The notes below the pieces were generated by a model. The model was not told where the DNA came from, did no database searches, and worked only from the letters and a program-made list of their open reading frames with translations. A DNA stretch of 64,000 nt from Naegleria gruberi (lineage: Eukaryota). The translations under genes and the position numbers were made by a program. The stretch lies in assembly GCA_000004985.1 (NCBI GenBank), contig GG738861.1; one strand, written 5' to 3'. Every line of letters starts with the position of its first letter. Within the stretch, counting starts at the first letter, position 1. Shown here one piece after another: positions 1 through 9,202 of the stretch.

Positions 1-2703
1 TTCTGAGGTTGGTTCCAGTGCTTCATAAATGAATGAGAGGTAATCTCTCTCATCTTTGATTTGTTCTTTGATAATATCCTTCAGTAAAGAGTGATAAAGC
101 TCATGACAAATAATTTCAGATGCATAGCTTTCAGAAAAATATTGACTCTCGAGATTCAATTTTGGTGTTTGTCTCATAACTTTCATAATAGCAGTTGCCA
201 AACGTTCTTGTTCTTTTGGTTCATAACAATGTTCATAGGCTTCCATATAACAATCAATAACCTTTCTCTTTGAATCTTGATACCAAGTCTCGCTTTCTAA
301 TAAACTTTCAAGAACCATAAATCTGTCAACTTGCAGTTTGGGATGGGTAGCTTGGTTTCTTTCAATAAAGTAAGATCCAATCTTTAGTAACCGTTCCTCC
401 AGTTCTTCATAATCGCTTAAGGCACTATCATACATTACTTTGAGACCGTTCGCATCTCTAACTACCACATCCCTCTTTAAATGTAGAGAATACTTATCAT
501 CCCTATATGTTACATCCAATGGAAGAGAGTCTGATATTGTTGCTTTTTCCAGATCGTCGGCTGCAACAAAGAATTTTCTAATAAATGTAGAACTATTCCC
601 TCCTTGCTTAATAGAATACCCAGTAGAATCAAAGTATAATCTTTTTTCGACAGATCTAAAATAATTGAGCAAATCAAGAAGCTTTCTCTTGAATTCCCTT
701 ATTCTAATAAATCTCAATAAATACAAAGCTGAAATTTTGTTATATAAAGACTTGTTCTCATTGCTTGACTGTTCTTCCTCTCCACTTTCTGCAGTTTTTC
801 TTTCTGCTACATATCCTTCATTCAAATAATTTTGCACTTCATCTTCCACTCTTGCTCTCTTAAAATGAGTGTCTGATTGTTCCTTCAGCCTTTTACGAGC
901 ATATTGTAATTCTGTTGTATGTAAAAATCCACATTCAATTTGTAATTGAGGATCCACCCGAAGATCGTTTGTTAGTAAAATCCTTTGTTTTTGATCTAAA
1001 TAAGAGGATTCAGGGAAAAAGACTTGAGATGATTTAAACTCCTCATCTCTATTCCAGCTAGACTCCTTGAGATATGTGAAAGTGTCTGATGCCAATTCTG
1101 CTTTTTTCTCGTCTATATCCTTATAAGGATAAGGCAATACTTTCAGTTTCGCTGATTGGGCTTTGAAAATAGCATCAAACTTATTTCTTACCAAATATAA
1201 AAACTCTTGACCTGTTTCATCAGCAGGAAGCTTTTTCATTTCAACACATTCTTTCAGCATTTCCAACTGATCCTCAATTTCTGTTTTTACAACTGAAAGG
1301 GCTGGTGCTCTACAATCTGTCTGCATTCCAGGGAGGTCAAATGCTTTTTTAAATAAATTAAACCTTTCAGAATACGGTAACCAATTCATCTTTACGAGAA
1401 ATTGATCTACTTTTCGTCTTGATCTTATATCATACAATTGTTTTCTAATTATCGTCTGTAGGTCAGAAGGTTGAATGATGTTTTTAGAAAGTGATTTCCC
1501 AAGTTGTGCTTGGATGTCCTTTTCCCTTATGGAAGCTGTTTCAAATTCTCGTTGAATTCTTATTGTTCTTGCTTGATACATAGGTTGTGCTCTTTCAATA
1601 ATATCTGACCTATCTGCAAATTTTTGCCATCTTGTATTAACTTTGTAGTATTGTAATCTTAGTATTTCTCTCCAGTAGTTATAGAAATTACAAACAAATC
1701 CCTCCATATATGTTTTGGAATTCTTCTTCTCAATAGAAAAATCCAATTTTTTTTCCAATAACTTGTGTGTTGGTTCCTTGTACGAAATTGATGGCAGCGT
1801 CTGCATTTGTTCTAAAAGTTCATTCCTCTCCTTTCTATAATCCAAATAAGTTTTTCGTTGCTCACTGAAAGGCACTGAACTGAATTTAACTTTATCGGAA
1901 GCAGCTGTTGTCATTATCGACGATTTACCATCAACAATTTCATCCCTTTTCTTTTGTACTTTTTCCAACTCCAATTCCAATAATATTTCTGCTAGAGTAA
2001 CATTTCCCATCACGGTTCTCTCCACAACTGGTTCAGGAGCTTGTACCTTTGGTGTTTGTTTTTCTTCATCTGTTTCATCCTCTTCTTCCTCACCATCTTC
2101 CTGTGTTGTTTGGATTGGAAGTTGACTTGGCAAAGTTGGTTCCGAAATGTAGGAAAGAAAAAGGGGTTGATCCTTTAGCGAGTTAAAGAGAGGGTATTTT
2201 TTTTGCAGATCCTTTAGCACTACTAATTTCTTTTTTTCCAATTCATATTCTTCATCAATTAGTGTATCTGTATTATCATCAACAATTTCTCCTAGTTCTT
2301 GTACTACTTGTGATGCCAATTTGTTTCCATTAATTGCTTTCTCAACATTTGAGACTTTGATATCTAGAGAGGCATCATAGTAAGGGACTCTATCCTCTGG
2401 TGATATTTCTTCAATCTCGTGCTCCGTTGATGATGAAAAAGCTGAGGCTGTATCTACAAGTTCAACTGCACCATATGCTCTTGTTTGCCAATCATTATCG
2501 TTTGATGCAGTTAAATCGGATGGTGTTTCCTTAGCAGCAGCTTGTATGAGATTTTTTGCAGAGAGGCTGGCCTTAGTTTTTAATAATGGTTGTTGTTGTT
2601 GCTGTTGAGTTGTTGATGATACTTGTTGTTGATTACTAGAACTCCTAGATACAATGGGTTTCAATTTACGTTGTTGAGTTCCACCTCCAACAACTTGCTT
2701 CAT
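1..2703 (-). CDS. Large hypothetical protein, partial: ATG start at 2703..2701, runs off the window at position 1
   Basis: My reverse-complement translation from the ATG at 2703 gives an uninterrupted frame of about 900 codons (MKQVVGGGTQQRKLKPIVSRSSSNQQQVSSTTQQQQQQP...EDGEEEEDETDEEKQ...). The track lists no complete minus-strand ORF anywhere in 1-2700, which fits one open frame running past the window edge. An in-frame TAG lies upstream of the ATG. No domain recognised. Confidence 0.55.
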   Translation of the reverse strand, partial: MKQVVGGGTQQRKLKPIVSRSSSNQQQVSSTTQQQQQQPLLKTKASLSAKNLIQAAAKETPSDLTASNDNDWQTRAYGAVELVDTASAFSSSTEHEIEEISPEDRVPYYDASLDIKVSNVEKAINGNKLASQVVQELGEIVDDNTDTLIDEEYELEKKKLVVLKDLQKKYPLFNSLKDQPLFLSYISEPTLPSQLPIQTTQEDGEEEEDETDEEKQTPKVQAPEPVVERTVMGNVTLAEILLELELEKVQKKRDEIVDGKSSIMTTAASDKVKFSSVPFSEQRKTYLDYRKERNELLEQMQTLPSISYKEPTHKLLEKKLDFSIEKKNSKTYMEGFVCNFYNYWREILRLQYYKVNTRWQKFADRSDIIERAQPMYQARTIRIQREFETASIREKDIQAQLGKSLSKNIIQPSDLQTIIRKQLYDIRSRRKVDQFLVKMNWLPYSERFNLFKKAFDLPGMQTDCRAPALSVVKTEIEDQLEMLKECVEMKKLPADETGQEFLYLVRNKFDAIFKAQSAKLKVLPYPYKDIDEKKAELASDTFTYLKESSWNRDEEFKSSQVFFPESSYLDQKQRILLTNDLRVDPQLQIECGFLHTTELQYARKRLKEQSDTHFKRARVEDEVQNYLNEGYVAERKTAESGEEEQSSNENKSLYNKISALYLLRFIRIREFKRKLLDLLNYFRSVEKRLYFDSTGYSIKQGGNSSTFIRKFFVAADDLEKATISDSLPLDVTYRDDKYSLHLKRDVVVRDANGLKVMYDSALSDYEELEERLLKIGSYFIERNQATHPKLQVDRFMVLESLLESETWYQDSKRKVIDCYMEAYEHCYEPKEQERLATAIMKVMRQTPKLNLESQYFSESYASEIICHELYHSLLKDIIKEQIKDERDYLSFIYEALEPTSE

Positions 2704-2778
2704 TTTTTTGTATTGTCTTTGGCGGGAAAACTACAATTTCCAAATAAAAAGTTTGGTGGTATTTTTAAATGGATTTTA

Positions 2779-3708
2779 TTATCCCAACAACTTTGGCAAT
2801 TCTCTGTCAAGTTCACTATAAAGTAGAAAGTGATATCCTGTAATTTTATCCATCTCTTCAAAAGTTTGTTCAGGTAGGGCATTGTGAGCTTGGTCAAACC
2901 AATATTTCAGTGCATCATCCAAAGGTTCTTTTCCTAAAATTTCAAATTTACCTTGTTGTCTTGTGTGAATGAGGCCAATTTTATAAAAACACATGGCTTG
3001 CATTACTTTTAATTGCCATATTTCTTCTGGTGTGCTATAGAATTTTCCTTCCACTTCTCTCGATTCTTGAATACATCTCTGATAGGCTACAAGACATGAC
3101 TTGTACACTCCCTCTTGATATAATGTCTCACAATATCTGAAATAAAGATCAAATAAATTAATTCCCTTAAAATACGATGATAAGATTGTATCCTTGAATA
3201 ATGGGTCAATGCTCGATGAAAATTCCTTGTTTTTTTCCATAATTATTGAGATATCATCGGAATAATTTCCTAATAATTCAAATCTATAAAAAGTTTGATT
3301 TTGTAAAAACATGTTAATCATTTGATTTTGTAGTAATAATGCCTGATGAACTGGTATCGAAGCATTAAACTTTTTTCTAGCCTCCTTAGGTGGATTCATA
3401 CAAGAAAGTTTCATCAACTCTGTTGTGTACAATCCCAATTGATAACTAAATAAACTCATCCTATAAAAATTAATCTTCGGAAATAATTGGTCCTCCATTT
3501 TCACAGTTTGTTTTTGATGTTTAAATCGTTGATTATATTCCGCCAGTGTTGCATTAAATCTTTGCAATTCATTCAATAGCACAGGAACCTTATTATGTGG
3601 TCCATTAGTTTGTTCAATCAATTTCGACACGTTAAAATATGTTTGTCGGAAAGCCTCTTGTACATTGGAGGCAAAATGTGAAACCACTCCCTTCTTCATT
3701 TTTTTCAT
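2779..3708 (-). CDS. Hypothetical protein, 309 aa
   Basis: Complete ORF with a true ATG (rc of cat at 3706-3708): MKKMKKGVVSHFASNVQEAFRQ.... Composition is coding-like, and it sits in tandem behind the large upstream gene. No family recognised. Confidence 0.55.
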   Translation of the reverse strand: MKKMKKGVVSHFASNVQEAFRQTYFNVSKLIEQTNGPHNKVPVLLNELQRFNATLAEYNQRFKHQKQTVKMEDQLFPKINFYRMSLFSYQLGLYTTELMKLSCMNPPKEARKKFNASIPVHQALLLQNQMINMFLQNQTFYRFELLGNYSDDISIIMEKNKEFSSSIDPLFKDTILSSYFKGINLFDLYFRYCETLYQEGVYKSCLVAYQRCIQESREVEGKFYSTPEEIWQLKVMQAMCFYKIGLIHTRQQGKFEILGKEPLDDALKYWFDQAHNALPEQTFEEMDKITGYHFLLYSELDRELPKLLG

Positions 3709-3953
3709 CTTTGCATTAAATATTATAATAAATTTGAATTTATTGAATGTAAATAAATTATTGTTTCCTTTGTAAAAATTGTTAATATTTCAATCATAAC
3801 ACGTTTTTTCTCAAGAACTTTAAAATGTAATTTTTTGGAGGGAAATTTGAATTGTATTTGCGGAAATCAAAACAATTATCAAAAAATAGAACAAACTTGA
3901 AAAAGGAAGGGTTTTGTTTTTTCTCTCTCGGAATAAGAAGAATTGAATACAAT

Positions 3954-4955
3954 ATGATAGCAAGCCAGCCACCATCTGGAGAACATAAGAAAGAATGTGT
4001 TTGTGATACATGCAAGGAAATGGATGAAAAGGAAGGAGTTGTAGAGGAAGCCATTGTGGAAGAAAATAATGAAAATACAACAGCAAACACTACATCTTCC
4101 GATCCTTCTAAGGAATCAACCCTTACTGAGAAGGATATTAGCTTGGAAGAATTTGATCATTTACCTAAATCTCTTCAAAATAGACTGGGAGCTTTGAAAT
4201 TATTGAAAGAAAAGGGAAATGATTTGTATCGTCGTAATTTATTTGAGGAAGCAGTTGAGGAATATGCCAAAGTGGATCGTTTTATGGGTGTGCTCTTCAA
4301 AAAGACTGAAACTTCTCCTGAGGAGATGACCTATGTAATTCCTTTTCAAACAGCTTGTCAGCTCAACATTGCTCAATGTCTTATGAAAGTTGGAAAATAC
4401 TCAAAAGCATTAGATCACTTAGATACTGCAGAGGAATACAATAAGGAATACAAGGACAAGCCATCTGAAAAGAAAATACTTTTCAGACGTGCCAAATGTT
4501 ATCTGGACGGAATTGAAGTTGAAAAGGGCAAAGATTTAATGAAACAAGTGAAAGAAAAATATCCAGAAGATCCAGCTCTGATAAAACTTGTCGATGCTGA
4601 ATTGAAGAAGTATAAGGAGCAATTTAAGAGTGATCTTCAAAACTCTTCATTTAAGGGAATGTTCAATAAGAAGGAGCTGTATGATGATATGCCTGAACCC
4701 GTCATTAGTGTCACCCCAAGCCCAGAAACAAACTCTGAAACAATCAATGCAGAAAATGATCAAACAGACACAAACGAACCATTAACTGAACCAACTAACA
4801 ATAGACTCTCCACTAACGAAGTAAGCAATGAAACGTATGCTGCACTTGCTCAATTGATAGGAAATAATTCAACAAGTTATAATTTCCAACTCATTGTCAT
4901 ATTCCTTTTCTTGGCTATTGTTGTAGCAACAATACTCACTTATATACTTAATTAA
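3954..4955 (+). CDS. TPR-repeat protein with a C-terminal tail anchor
   Basis: The track ORF begins at a TTG (3852). The first ATG is at 3954 (MIASQPPSGEHKK...). TPR-like helices follow (LKLLKEKGNDLYRRNLFEEAVEEYAKV; AQCLMKVGKYSKALDHLDTAEEY; LFRRAKCYLDGIEVEKGKDLMKQV). A single C-terminal TM segment (LIVIFLFLAIVVATILTYILN) ends the protein. Confidence 0.6.
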   Translation: MIASQPPSGEHKKECVCDTCKEMDEKEGVVEEAIVEENNENTTANTTSSDPSKESTLTEKDISLEEFDHLPKSLQNRLGALKLLKEKGNDLYRRNLFEEAVEEYAKVDRFMGVLFKKTETSPEEMTYVIPFQTACQLNIAQCLMKVGKYSKALDHLDTAEEYNKEYKDKPSEKKILFRRAKCYLDGIEVEKGKDLMKQVKEKYPEDPALIKLVDAELKKYKEQFKSDLQNSSFKGMFNKKELYDDMPEPVISVTPSPETNSETINAENDQTDTNEPLTEPTNNRLSTNEVSNETYAALAQLIGNNSTSYNFQLIVIFLFLAIVVATILTYILN

Positions 4956-4999
4956 ACTATTCAGCTTTTATTTGTACTTATATTTGGTCAACCAACAAG

Positions 5000-5212
5000 C
5001 TATTTCTTTTCAGATACTTTCTTTTCATCTTCATTCAAATTTTCATCCTTTTCTCTGTTTTCTACATGAAACATGGAAAGGTTTTCCTTGATGAAAGTTG
5101 GACTATCAGAATAGTTAACATAAGCCAAAGATCTTGAAAGAGGGGATCTTGGTTCGTTTTGGAATGCTGTATCTTTTGATTGTTGCTTATTTTCCTGCTT
5201 ATTGTCTGACAT
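5000..5212 (-). CDS. Small hydrophilic protein, 70 aa (uncertain)
   Basis: True ATG in an aaaaATG context: MSDNKQENKQQSKDTAFQNEPRSPLSRSLAYVNYSDSPTF.... It sits alone between two convergent genes. No homology recognised. Confidence 0.3.
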   Translation of the reverse strand: MSDNKQENKQQSKDTAFQNEPRSPLSRSLAYVNYSDSPTFIKENLSMFHVENREKDENLNEDEKKVSEKK

Positions 5213-5318
5213 TTTTTAGTGTACTCAAATAACCTAACAGGTTCTCATTAAATAAATGAATTGAGAATATTTCCAAATTCAAATAAAATCCAAATTAGTT
5301 TAAATTTTAGTTTAAGAT

Positions 5319-7144
5319 TTATTCCATATCGACTGATGGATAACCCCAGTGTTTGAGTGGCATAAATGTTTCCTTAACAGCACGAACACTAGTCCATCTC
5401 AAAAGCATATACTCAGAACCAGCCTTATCATTTGTACCAGAAGTACGACTACCACCGAAAGGTTGTTGACCAACAATTGCACCTGTACTCTTATCGTTAA
5501 TATAAAAGTTACCAGCACTATGTCTTAATCTTTCAACACATTTGGAAATATCAGCACGATCACGAGCAAAGATGGCACCAGTCAAACCATAAGCTGAAGT
5601 TGAGTCAATTAACTTGAGAGTTTGATCGAGGTATGTTTGTTGAGAATCGTCATAAGCATAAATAGTTAAAACTGGACCAAAGACTTCTTGTTCCATAGTT
5701 TCAGAGTTAGGATCAGTTGTTTCAATAATTGTTGGTTCAACAAAGTAACCAACTTCCTTACTACAATTTCCTCCAGCAATAATCTTACATGATGGATTCT
5801 TTCTGGCTCTTTCGATAAATCCAGAAATTCTATCAAATGATCTTTCATCAATAACAGCACTAGTAAATGAGGTAGGATCATTTGGTTGACCAATCTTAAG
5901 CTTCTTAGTTTCTTCAACTAATCTATCTCTGATGGTAGCATATTTAGATTTTGGAATATAACATCTTGAGGTAGCACTACACTTTTGACCACTGTATTCA
6001 AAAGCACCACGAATAGTTTGATTAATAAAGTTATCGACATCACAGTTTGGATGCATCAAGTGGAAATTCTTACCACCAGTTTCACCAACAATTCTAGGAA
6101 TACTCTTATATTTTGGAAGATTAGTAGAAATTTCATTGTACAAGTATTGGAATGTCTTGGTACTTCCTGTAAAGTGAAGACCAGCAAAATTAGTATCATT
6201 CAAAACAACATCACCAAAATGAGATGGAACCTTGGTTGGAACAAATTGAATAACACCCTTTGGTAAACCAGCTTCTTCCAAAGCCAAATATAATAAATAA
6301 TTACTCAACAAGGCAGTTTCACTTGGTTTCCACAAAATAACATTACCCATTTGAGCAGGAGCACAAGCCAAATTACCACCAATAGCAGTAAAATTGAATG
6401 GTGAAACTGCAGCAACAAAACCTTCAAGTGCACGATATTCAACACGATTCCATGTTCCTGCACTGTGATGGTCAATTTGCTTTCCGAAAAGTTGTGATGC
6501 ATAATAAGCATTAAATCTCAAAAAATCTATCAACTCTGCACTGCTATCAATTTCAGATTGGTACATGGTTTTACCTTGACCCATCATGGTTGCAGCATTA
6601 ATCTTGTATCTATAAAAATCTGGGCTTGAAAGTAAATCGGCTGCCTTTAAGAAAATTGCACACTTGTATTCAAGAGGCATATCTTCCCATTCCTTTTTAG
6701 CAGAAAGAGAACCTTCAATAGCATGTTGGATAACTTGCTTATCAGCTCCGTGCATATGATAGAGGGTATGACTACGGAGGGAAGGCATTTCTCTGCTAAA
6801 TATTAAATCTTGATTAGATTGGTAAATACGTTCTCCATTAACAATGCAAGGAATTTCAAGTGGCTGACTCTTTAAAATCTTATCACATTCAGCCAATAAT
6901 CCAACTCTCTCGGATGATCCTTTAGCATAGGTTTTCTATTAAAATTGATCCCAAGTTTACAATAAGCACCAGATAACAATCCAAAAAAACATACCATTGG
7001 TTCATTAGTAATAGTTGGTAATTTAATTGTACCATGACTTGTTAATCTACTTGATGAAGTCATTGAAAAACCTCTCGTAGAACAAGTGGTCTTCATGCAT
7101 GTAGAGGAGACACTTCTAACTGTTGTTTGGACGGACTTATGCAT
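5319..7144 (-). CDS. Delta-1-pyrroline-5-carboxylate dehydrogenase (ALDH4-type), mitochondrial, two exons: join(7144..6995,6935..5319)
   Basis: Exon 2 is the 525-aa track ORF carrying the ALDH motifs (VSPFNFTAIGGNLACAPAQMGNVILWKPSETA; IVGETGGKNFHLMHPN; GQKCSATSRCYIP). Exon 1 encodes a 50-aa S/T/R-rich presequence (MHKSVQTTVRSVSSTCMKTTCSTRGFSMTSSSRLTSHGTIKLPTITNEPM). A 59-nt intron (gtatgttttt...ttaatag) joins them in phase 0, giving ...NEPM|KTYAKGSSERVGLLAECDKILK. Confidence 0.85.
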
Positions 7145-7356
7145 TTTTTTTGGCTTTAAATGCGTTCGTGTTTTGTTTTGGTGGTGTTTGCTGGCTCCGA
7201 AAACATGAACTTTTTTGCTTGCTAGTCCCAATTTGTTGCCCTTCTTTTTTTCACAAGGCCCACACAAACGAAAATCTATCTACAATTTTGCCATGCATTC
7301 TTGAAAAATTGATAATGTTGTGAATTATGAGAATTATCCTCTCTATTGTGACTATC

Positions 7357-9129
7357 TTATTCCTCATCAGATGGTTCTTCCGTGTCTTCAATGAATGAAT
7401 TATCTTCTTCTGTCAAGCTGTTACTACAACTATTTGAGCTAGGAAGGAAATGATAAAAGGATTTCCAATTAATTATATTTCTGCGATTTTCATTTCTCAG
7501 TGCTTCACATGGGATAATTCCTTCAAGGGTTCGGAGAAGTTTATAATAGACATCCTCTTGACCCTCCTCTTTGAGTTGTGGTAGATAATTAAGGAGATTC
7601 GAATCTCCTTTAAAAATATTTTGGTACAAATGGTTTTTGAGCATTAATTGTTGAACCTCAAATCTTTTGAGATAGATATTCTCTAGTTCTTTCTTATTTT
7701 TAAAGTTGAACAATCGACAGGGGAATCTAGCCCTTCTCTTGTCAAATTTCTTGGCAAGATCTCGATGAGGAACAATAGTTTGAGTTGTTTGCTTATTCAC
7801 TCTCTTTGGTAACCATCTACAAATGTAACTATTTGGAATGTCTGAATAAATAATACTAGTTGATGTGATTTCTGGTTTTCTCTTATCCTTAGTGTTGAGC
7901 AGTAATTCTTTCTCCAATTGTTTCATTTCTTCCTCATTAAAACAAAATCTATTTTTGAAATCCTCAATATCATTAAATGATTCCTTTGCTTTCGAGCATT
8001 TAGTAATAATGGAGTTGTATCTATTTTGCATAGATATTTTAGGAGGTTGAGTAGCAGCTGTTTTCTTAGAATGAATATGTTTTGGAGGAATGAGGTGCCA
8101 TCCACTCTTTTTTGATAATTTGGAAGATAATTCCTCAACTCTTTCATTCACATCGTTGAAAGATTGTAAAACAGAAACAAAGTGTTGGAACCTCTCATCA
8201 ATTGTTACAAAGCTTAGTTTAGGTTCTTCCTCAGATTGTTGAATAGAGTTTTGTGGCTCTTCCTCAGGTTCCGTTTCCTCATTCAAAATTTGTTTTTGTA
8301 CAGGTTCAATATTTACATATTTTTCCTCATTCTCAACTACAGTTCTAGTTGCTGGCTCCTCCTCTCTAGTTCTAATTTTTCTTGCCATTGCAAGAATATC
8401 CTCAAGCTTTTTCTTCTGATTGCTTACTGGTTTTGGTTTTTCTGGAATGTTTGACTCAACTGGAGGAGTTTTGTTTTTTTCATTTACAGTTTTCGAAACA
8501 GTTCCTTTCTTTGCAGGTGTTGAGTTCTGGGCAATGGTTGCCTTCTTTTGAGGAATTGATTTTCTATTTGGTTGAGGTGTTGGTTCTGGCAGAATTTCCA
8601 CTTGCTTAGGTTTTGGTGTTTCTATTTGAGGGGGTTCAAATTTTACAGAGTTTTGCTCTTGTTTAAGTGGAATTGAGTTTGGAACCTTCCTTCTCCTATT
8701 CTTCTTGTCAATCAGTAATTGAGCATTTCTTTCTTCCAACATCTTTTTAATTTGAGCCCTCTCAATCTGTTCCTTTTGTTTTAAAAACACAAATTCTTTC
8801 AATGCCTTTTTAGTGGAAGCATTCACAGATGAAAATACCAAATTAGCAATTTCCAAATCCTTCAATATTGGCTCCAATATTTTCCTATTCAATTTTAATA
8901 ATTTAACTCCCAATTCATTTGTAATCACCCCACTGCCATTTGTATTTCTCCTCTCCGAATTAAAACTATTTGAAACATTTTCATAAATATTTGGCGATGA
9001 TTCATCTCCAGTTGTTGGTGTTGTATTTTTGATTGGTGTCATTGCTTCAAAGTTGTTTGTTATTTCCGAAGTTCTTGCCTCTCTAGATTGTATGATGGTG
9101 TATTGAGGGAGCAAGGTATTTGGTAGCAT
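7357..9129 (-). CDS. Hypothetical low-complexity protein, 590 aa (probably nuclear)
   Basis: Complete ORF with a true ATG. It has P/K/E/T-rich disordered stretches (PEPTPQPNRKSIPQKKATIAQNSTPAKK), basic clusters and an acidic C-terminus (TEEDNSFIEDTEEPSDEE). No domain recognised. Confidence 0.5.
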   Translation of the reverse strand: MLPNTLLPQYTIIQSREARTSEITNNFEAMTPIKNTTPTTGDESSPNIYENVSNSFNSERRNTNGSGVITNELGVKLLKLNRKILEPILKDLEIANLVFSSVNASTKKALKEFVFLKQKEQIERAQIKKMLEERNAQLLIDKKNRRRKVPNSIPLKQEQNSVKFEPPQIETPKPKQVEILPEPTPQPNRKSIPQKKATIAQNSTPAKKGTVSKTVNEKNKTPPVESNIPEKPKPVSNQKKKLEDILAMARKIRTREEEPATRTVVENEEKYVNIEPVQKQILNEETEPEEEPQNSIQQSEEEPKLSFVTIDERFQHFVSVLQSFNDVNERVEELSSKLSKKSGWHLIPPKHIHSKKTAATQPPKISMQNRYNSIITKCSKAKESFNDIEDFKNRFCFNEEEMKQLEKELLLNTKDKRKPEITSTSIIYSDIPNSYICRWLPKRVNKQTTQTIVPHRDLAKKFDKRRARFPCRLFNFKNKKELENIYLKRFEVQQLMLKNHLYQNIFKGDSNLLNYLPQLKEEGQEDVYYKLLRTLEGIIPCEALRNENRRNIINWKSFYHFLPSSNSCSNSLTEEDNSFIEDTEEPSDEE

Positions 9130-9202
9130 TTTTTGTATGATTTTAGGAGATCAGCAGTTAATTCTGATAATTGAGATAATTTGTTGAGTATTAATAGATT
9201 TA

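Noticed and set aside
5666-6511. Internal ORFs (83, 93, 68 aa) inside the P5CDH gene
   Set aside because: They are alternative frames or the opposite strand of a well-supported conserved CDS.
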